Origin: a virus
DNA length: 64,000 nt
Strand: one strand, 5' to 3'
IMG/VR virus record: IMGVR_UViG_3300020123_000589
Span: 1-64,000 of that record
Under the pieces are notes generated by a model. It was given only the letters and a program-made list of their open reading frames with translations, ran no database searches and was not told the origin of the DNA. The position numbers and the translations under genes are program-made. Below, piece after piece: positions 61,533 through 64,000 of this stretch (positions within the stretch are counted from its first letter, which is position 1; each line of letters opens with the position of its first letter).

Positions 61533-63227
61533 ATGAGCCGACCTAAAGGCAGTAAAAATATTTCTAAACAAGCCGAGAAGCAGGTTATTATTGGTGAGGG
61601 AATTAGTGGGTCCACTTCATCAAGTGGGATGGATGCTGGTCTGACCAAAATTGGTTCTCTTGCTAAGACTGCCAATTATGGCGTATCTCAGACTTCTTCA
61701 TTTTTCTACAGTCCTGAACTCACAACTGAGAGCTGGCTTCTCCCTAAATCACGTCAAGAAACTTGCCGTTGGGCGCGTGTATTCTATAATTTAAATCCTA
61801 TTGTGCATAGTGTAATTAACATGCATTCTAAGTATCCTTTTTCCAAATTTGAACTCGTTTGTGGAGATCCTACGGTTAAACAGTTTTATGAACAGATGGC
61901 ATTCAATAAGAATTTCAATTTGACCGATTTTATTGGACAAGCTTCGTTAAGTTATGAGAAATTTGGTGAGGCTCTTTGTTTTGGTACTATGGAGAAAAAG
62001 GGAGACAAATTTCAATGGACGAAGTTTGTTCTCCTTGAACCAGAACTTATCGATGTCAAATCAGATATGATGAGTGGTAAGCAAACCTTTGAGATGGTTC
62101 CAACAGCCGAACTTAAACAGCTTGTTACTTCTACTCGTCCTGAAGATGCAGATGCTCAAAAACAGTTAGAAGAGTGGTCCCCAGAAATTGTTAAAGCCAT
62201 TAAAGAAAATAGAAATATTCGTTTATCAGATGAGAACGTTTCTATCATTGCTAATCTTACTGATCCCTCAGCTACTCGTGGAACAAGCCGTATTCAATGT
62301 CTATTTAAAGATTTAATTTTAAATGATTTTATTCGTTTGGCACAGATGGCCTACGCCCAACGATATGTGTTTCCAGTTGAAATGTGGTCCATCGGGGATA
62401 TTGCTAACAACATTATTCCAAGTACAACAGATTTGCAGAATTGGAAACAGCTCATCAATCAATCAATTCAACAACCTCCATTCTCTCTCGTTACTCCTCC
62501 TTACGTTAAGTATGAAGCTTTGAGTACCGCAGGAAAAACATTTCCTGTAAATACAGAATGGTATGAATATACATTAAGTCAGTTGATGATTGGATTGGGT
62601 GTTAATAAGAATTTAATGACGGGGGATGGCCCTTCTTTCAGTGCAGGTCTTAAAGGTATGTCTCTTCATCGTTTGATGATGGAATATAAATTCGTAAGAG
62701 ATAAATTTGAAGATTGGATTATTCACAGATTTTTTGAACCCATTGCTGAAAAGAATGGTTTTTATACGACTGAGAATGGCGAGAAAAAATTAATTTTACC
62801 TGAAATTTCTTGGAAAAAATCTCTTGATATTGAGGATGCAGAAGCAGAACGCGACATGTTTGTAAAAATGTGGGAATCTGGAGTTATTAGTACAGAAACT
62901 TTGTTTACTAAATTCCCCACTCTTGATTTTAAAACGGAACAAAAGAAATTAGAACTTGAACGTGGAACAATTTATGATAAGGGTGATGGAGCAAGGTTGC
63001 CTGAGAAGATCCATAAATCAGTTGTAAAACCTGGAGGAGATACAGGATTTGGTGGAAAAGGCGGTGGTGGTGCACCAGGAGCTATTGTTCCAATTAAGCC
63101 CGTCAAACCAGTTAAACCAGGAGAAGAGCCAGAAGCTGGAGAAATTCCAGTTCCAGGTGCTCCAGAAAGTACCCCAGAAGGTGGTGGAGAAGCTACAGCT
63201 CCCACTTCCATCGCTCCAACAGTATAA
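61533..63227 (+). CDS. probable portal protein
   Basis: 564 aa two genes after TerL; FY..NPIV..VI, RGTS, LGV..LM.G, GVIS.ET; Pro/Gly-rich tail. Confidence 0.65.
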   Translation: MSRPKGSKNISKQAEKQVIIGEGISGSTSSSGMDAGLTKIGSLAKTANYGVSQTSSFFYSPELTTESWLLPKSRQETCRWARVFYNLNPIVHSVINMHSKYPFSKFELVCGDPTVKQFYEQMAFNKNFNLTDFIGQASLSYEKFGEALCFGTMEKKGDKFQWTKFVLLEPELIDVKSDMMSGKQTFEMVPTAELKQLVTSTRPEDADAQKQLEEWSPEIVKAIKENRNIRLSDENVSIIANLTDPSATRGTSRIQCLFKDLILNDFIRLAQMAYAQRYVFPVEMWSIGDIANNIIPSTTDLQNWKQLINQSIQQPPFSLVTPPYVKYEALSTAGKTFPVNTEWYEYTLSQLMIGLGVNKNLMTGDGPSFSAGLKGMSLHRLMMEYKFVRDKFEDWIIHRFFEPIAEKNGFYTTENGEKKLILPEISWKKSLDIEDAEAERDMFVKMWESGVISTETLFTKFPTLDFKTEQKKLELERGTIYDKGDGARLPEKIHKSVVKPGGDTGFGGKGGGGAPGAIVPIKPVKPVKPGEEPEAGEIPVPGAPESTPEGGGEATAPTSIAPTV

Positions 63228-63483
63228 TACTATGCTAAATAAAACAGGTTCTCCTACGAAATTAACAGTTGTTAAACAAGGTGCATTTGAGGTTGATTTA
63301 AACCTTTTAGCGTCGATGCTTAAAGAACAATGGCCAGATAAAACTTTAACAGTGAACAATCTGCACGAAGCCCTAAAAAGTATCGGTATTGTTGAATATA
63401 AGGCCGAAGATATGCAAGAACTTATTGGAAGATTACAAGCAATTGGTTTTGTGGTTAAGTAAGAAAAAAACGTCTAAAACCCC

Positions 63484-63518
63484 CTTAAAAATATAATAAA
63501 ATCAGGTATTATTAGGGA
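63484..63518 (+). promoter_or_regulatory. late promoter-like motif
   Basis: 35-bp exact copy of 53878-53912. Confidence 0.75.
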
Positions 63519-63841
63519 GTAGTGTAAAATAGTTATTTTAGAAGGATCAGAATCGATAGGAGAATGTTTATGGCACCACAAGATAAGCCACGCAAAGAAA
63601 TAGATTTCGTAACCATCGGAGAAGATGGCAAAGAACATTTGAATTTACATATTTTTGTTGAGTCCCTTTTAACTCTTGCTATGGGTAAATCTCTTGATAT
63701 GGGACGATTGGCTATTCAACATAAAGAAGCTTTTGAACAATTTCAAAGAACAATCAAAGATGATTCATATGACCGTATTGAGTTTGCCAAACGAGTTTTG
63801 AAGAAATATGGATACGAGAGTAATATTCGTGAATAGCTAAT

Positions 63842-64000
63842 ATGACATTTGTTTTAATTCATGGGTTAGCGAAAACTAAATTTTATAAAGCATGGCAGTG
63901 TATGAAATCTCGCTGTTTAAGTAGTAATGATCCTTCATACGTTCATTATGGCGCACGAGGGATAAAAGTTTGTGATAGATGGCTAGGCAAAGATGGATTT
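63842..64000 (+). CDS. HNH endonuclease, N-terminus (truncated by window end)
   Basis: HGLAKTKFYKAWQCMKSRC..YVHYGARGIKVCDRW. Confidence 0.75.
   Translation, partial: MTFVLIHGLAKTKFYKAWQCMKSRCLSSNDPSYVHYGARGIKVCDRWLGKDGF

Noticed and set aside
1-64000. Minus-strand ORFs in the six-frame track
   Set aside because: All shadow coherent, tightly coupled plus-strand genes and show no recognisable motifs.
1-64000. CRISPR array, tRNA genes or stop-codon reassignment
   Set aside because: No regularly spaced direct repeats or tRNA signatures were seen by eye. Conserved enzymes are full length and TAA, TAG and TGA all end genes.

Overview
This AT-rich window comes from a large tailed (probably jumbo-type) bacteriophage. 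All credible genes lie on the + strand and read in the standard code. About 1-33 kb is an early/middle accessory region of tightly overlapping short ORFs behind near-consensus sigma70 promoters. It encodes nucleotide, RNA-repair and anti-defence-type enzymes (deaminase, macrodomain, DEDDh exonuclease, Rnl1 RNA ligase, cyclic-phosphate receiver, NDT, HD-PNK), a DnaC-like ATPase, a degenerate ThyX, peptide deformylase, a site-2 protease and ClpP. About 33-64 kb is a late/virion region with fibre proteins, very large modular proteins, a deoC insert, a holin-like gene, TerL and a probable portal. Standout observations: (1) about 27 otherwise divergent small ORFs share a protein-level C-terminal tag D-N-L-x-[YLIH]-[IV]-E-x-[LIA]-[AD]..., often at a fixed distance from the next start codon; (2) the giant late proteins look like polyproteins whose modules (NTase, HAD, 2H phosphoesterase, HiPIP-like, repeated novel domains) are separated by K-x-A motifs; (3) a double-HNH endonuclease apparently splits a zinc ribbon without an intron; (4) a promoter-driven structured RNA of about 170 nt; (5) a 35-bp phage-specific late promoter-like motif. 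All family calls come from motif recognition by eye; no searches were run.
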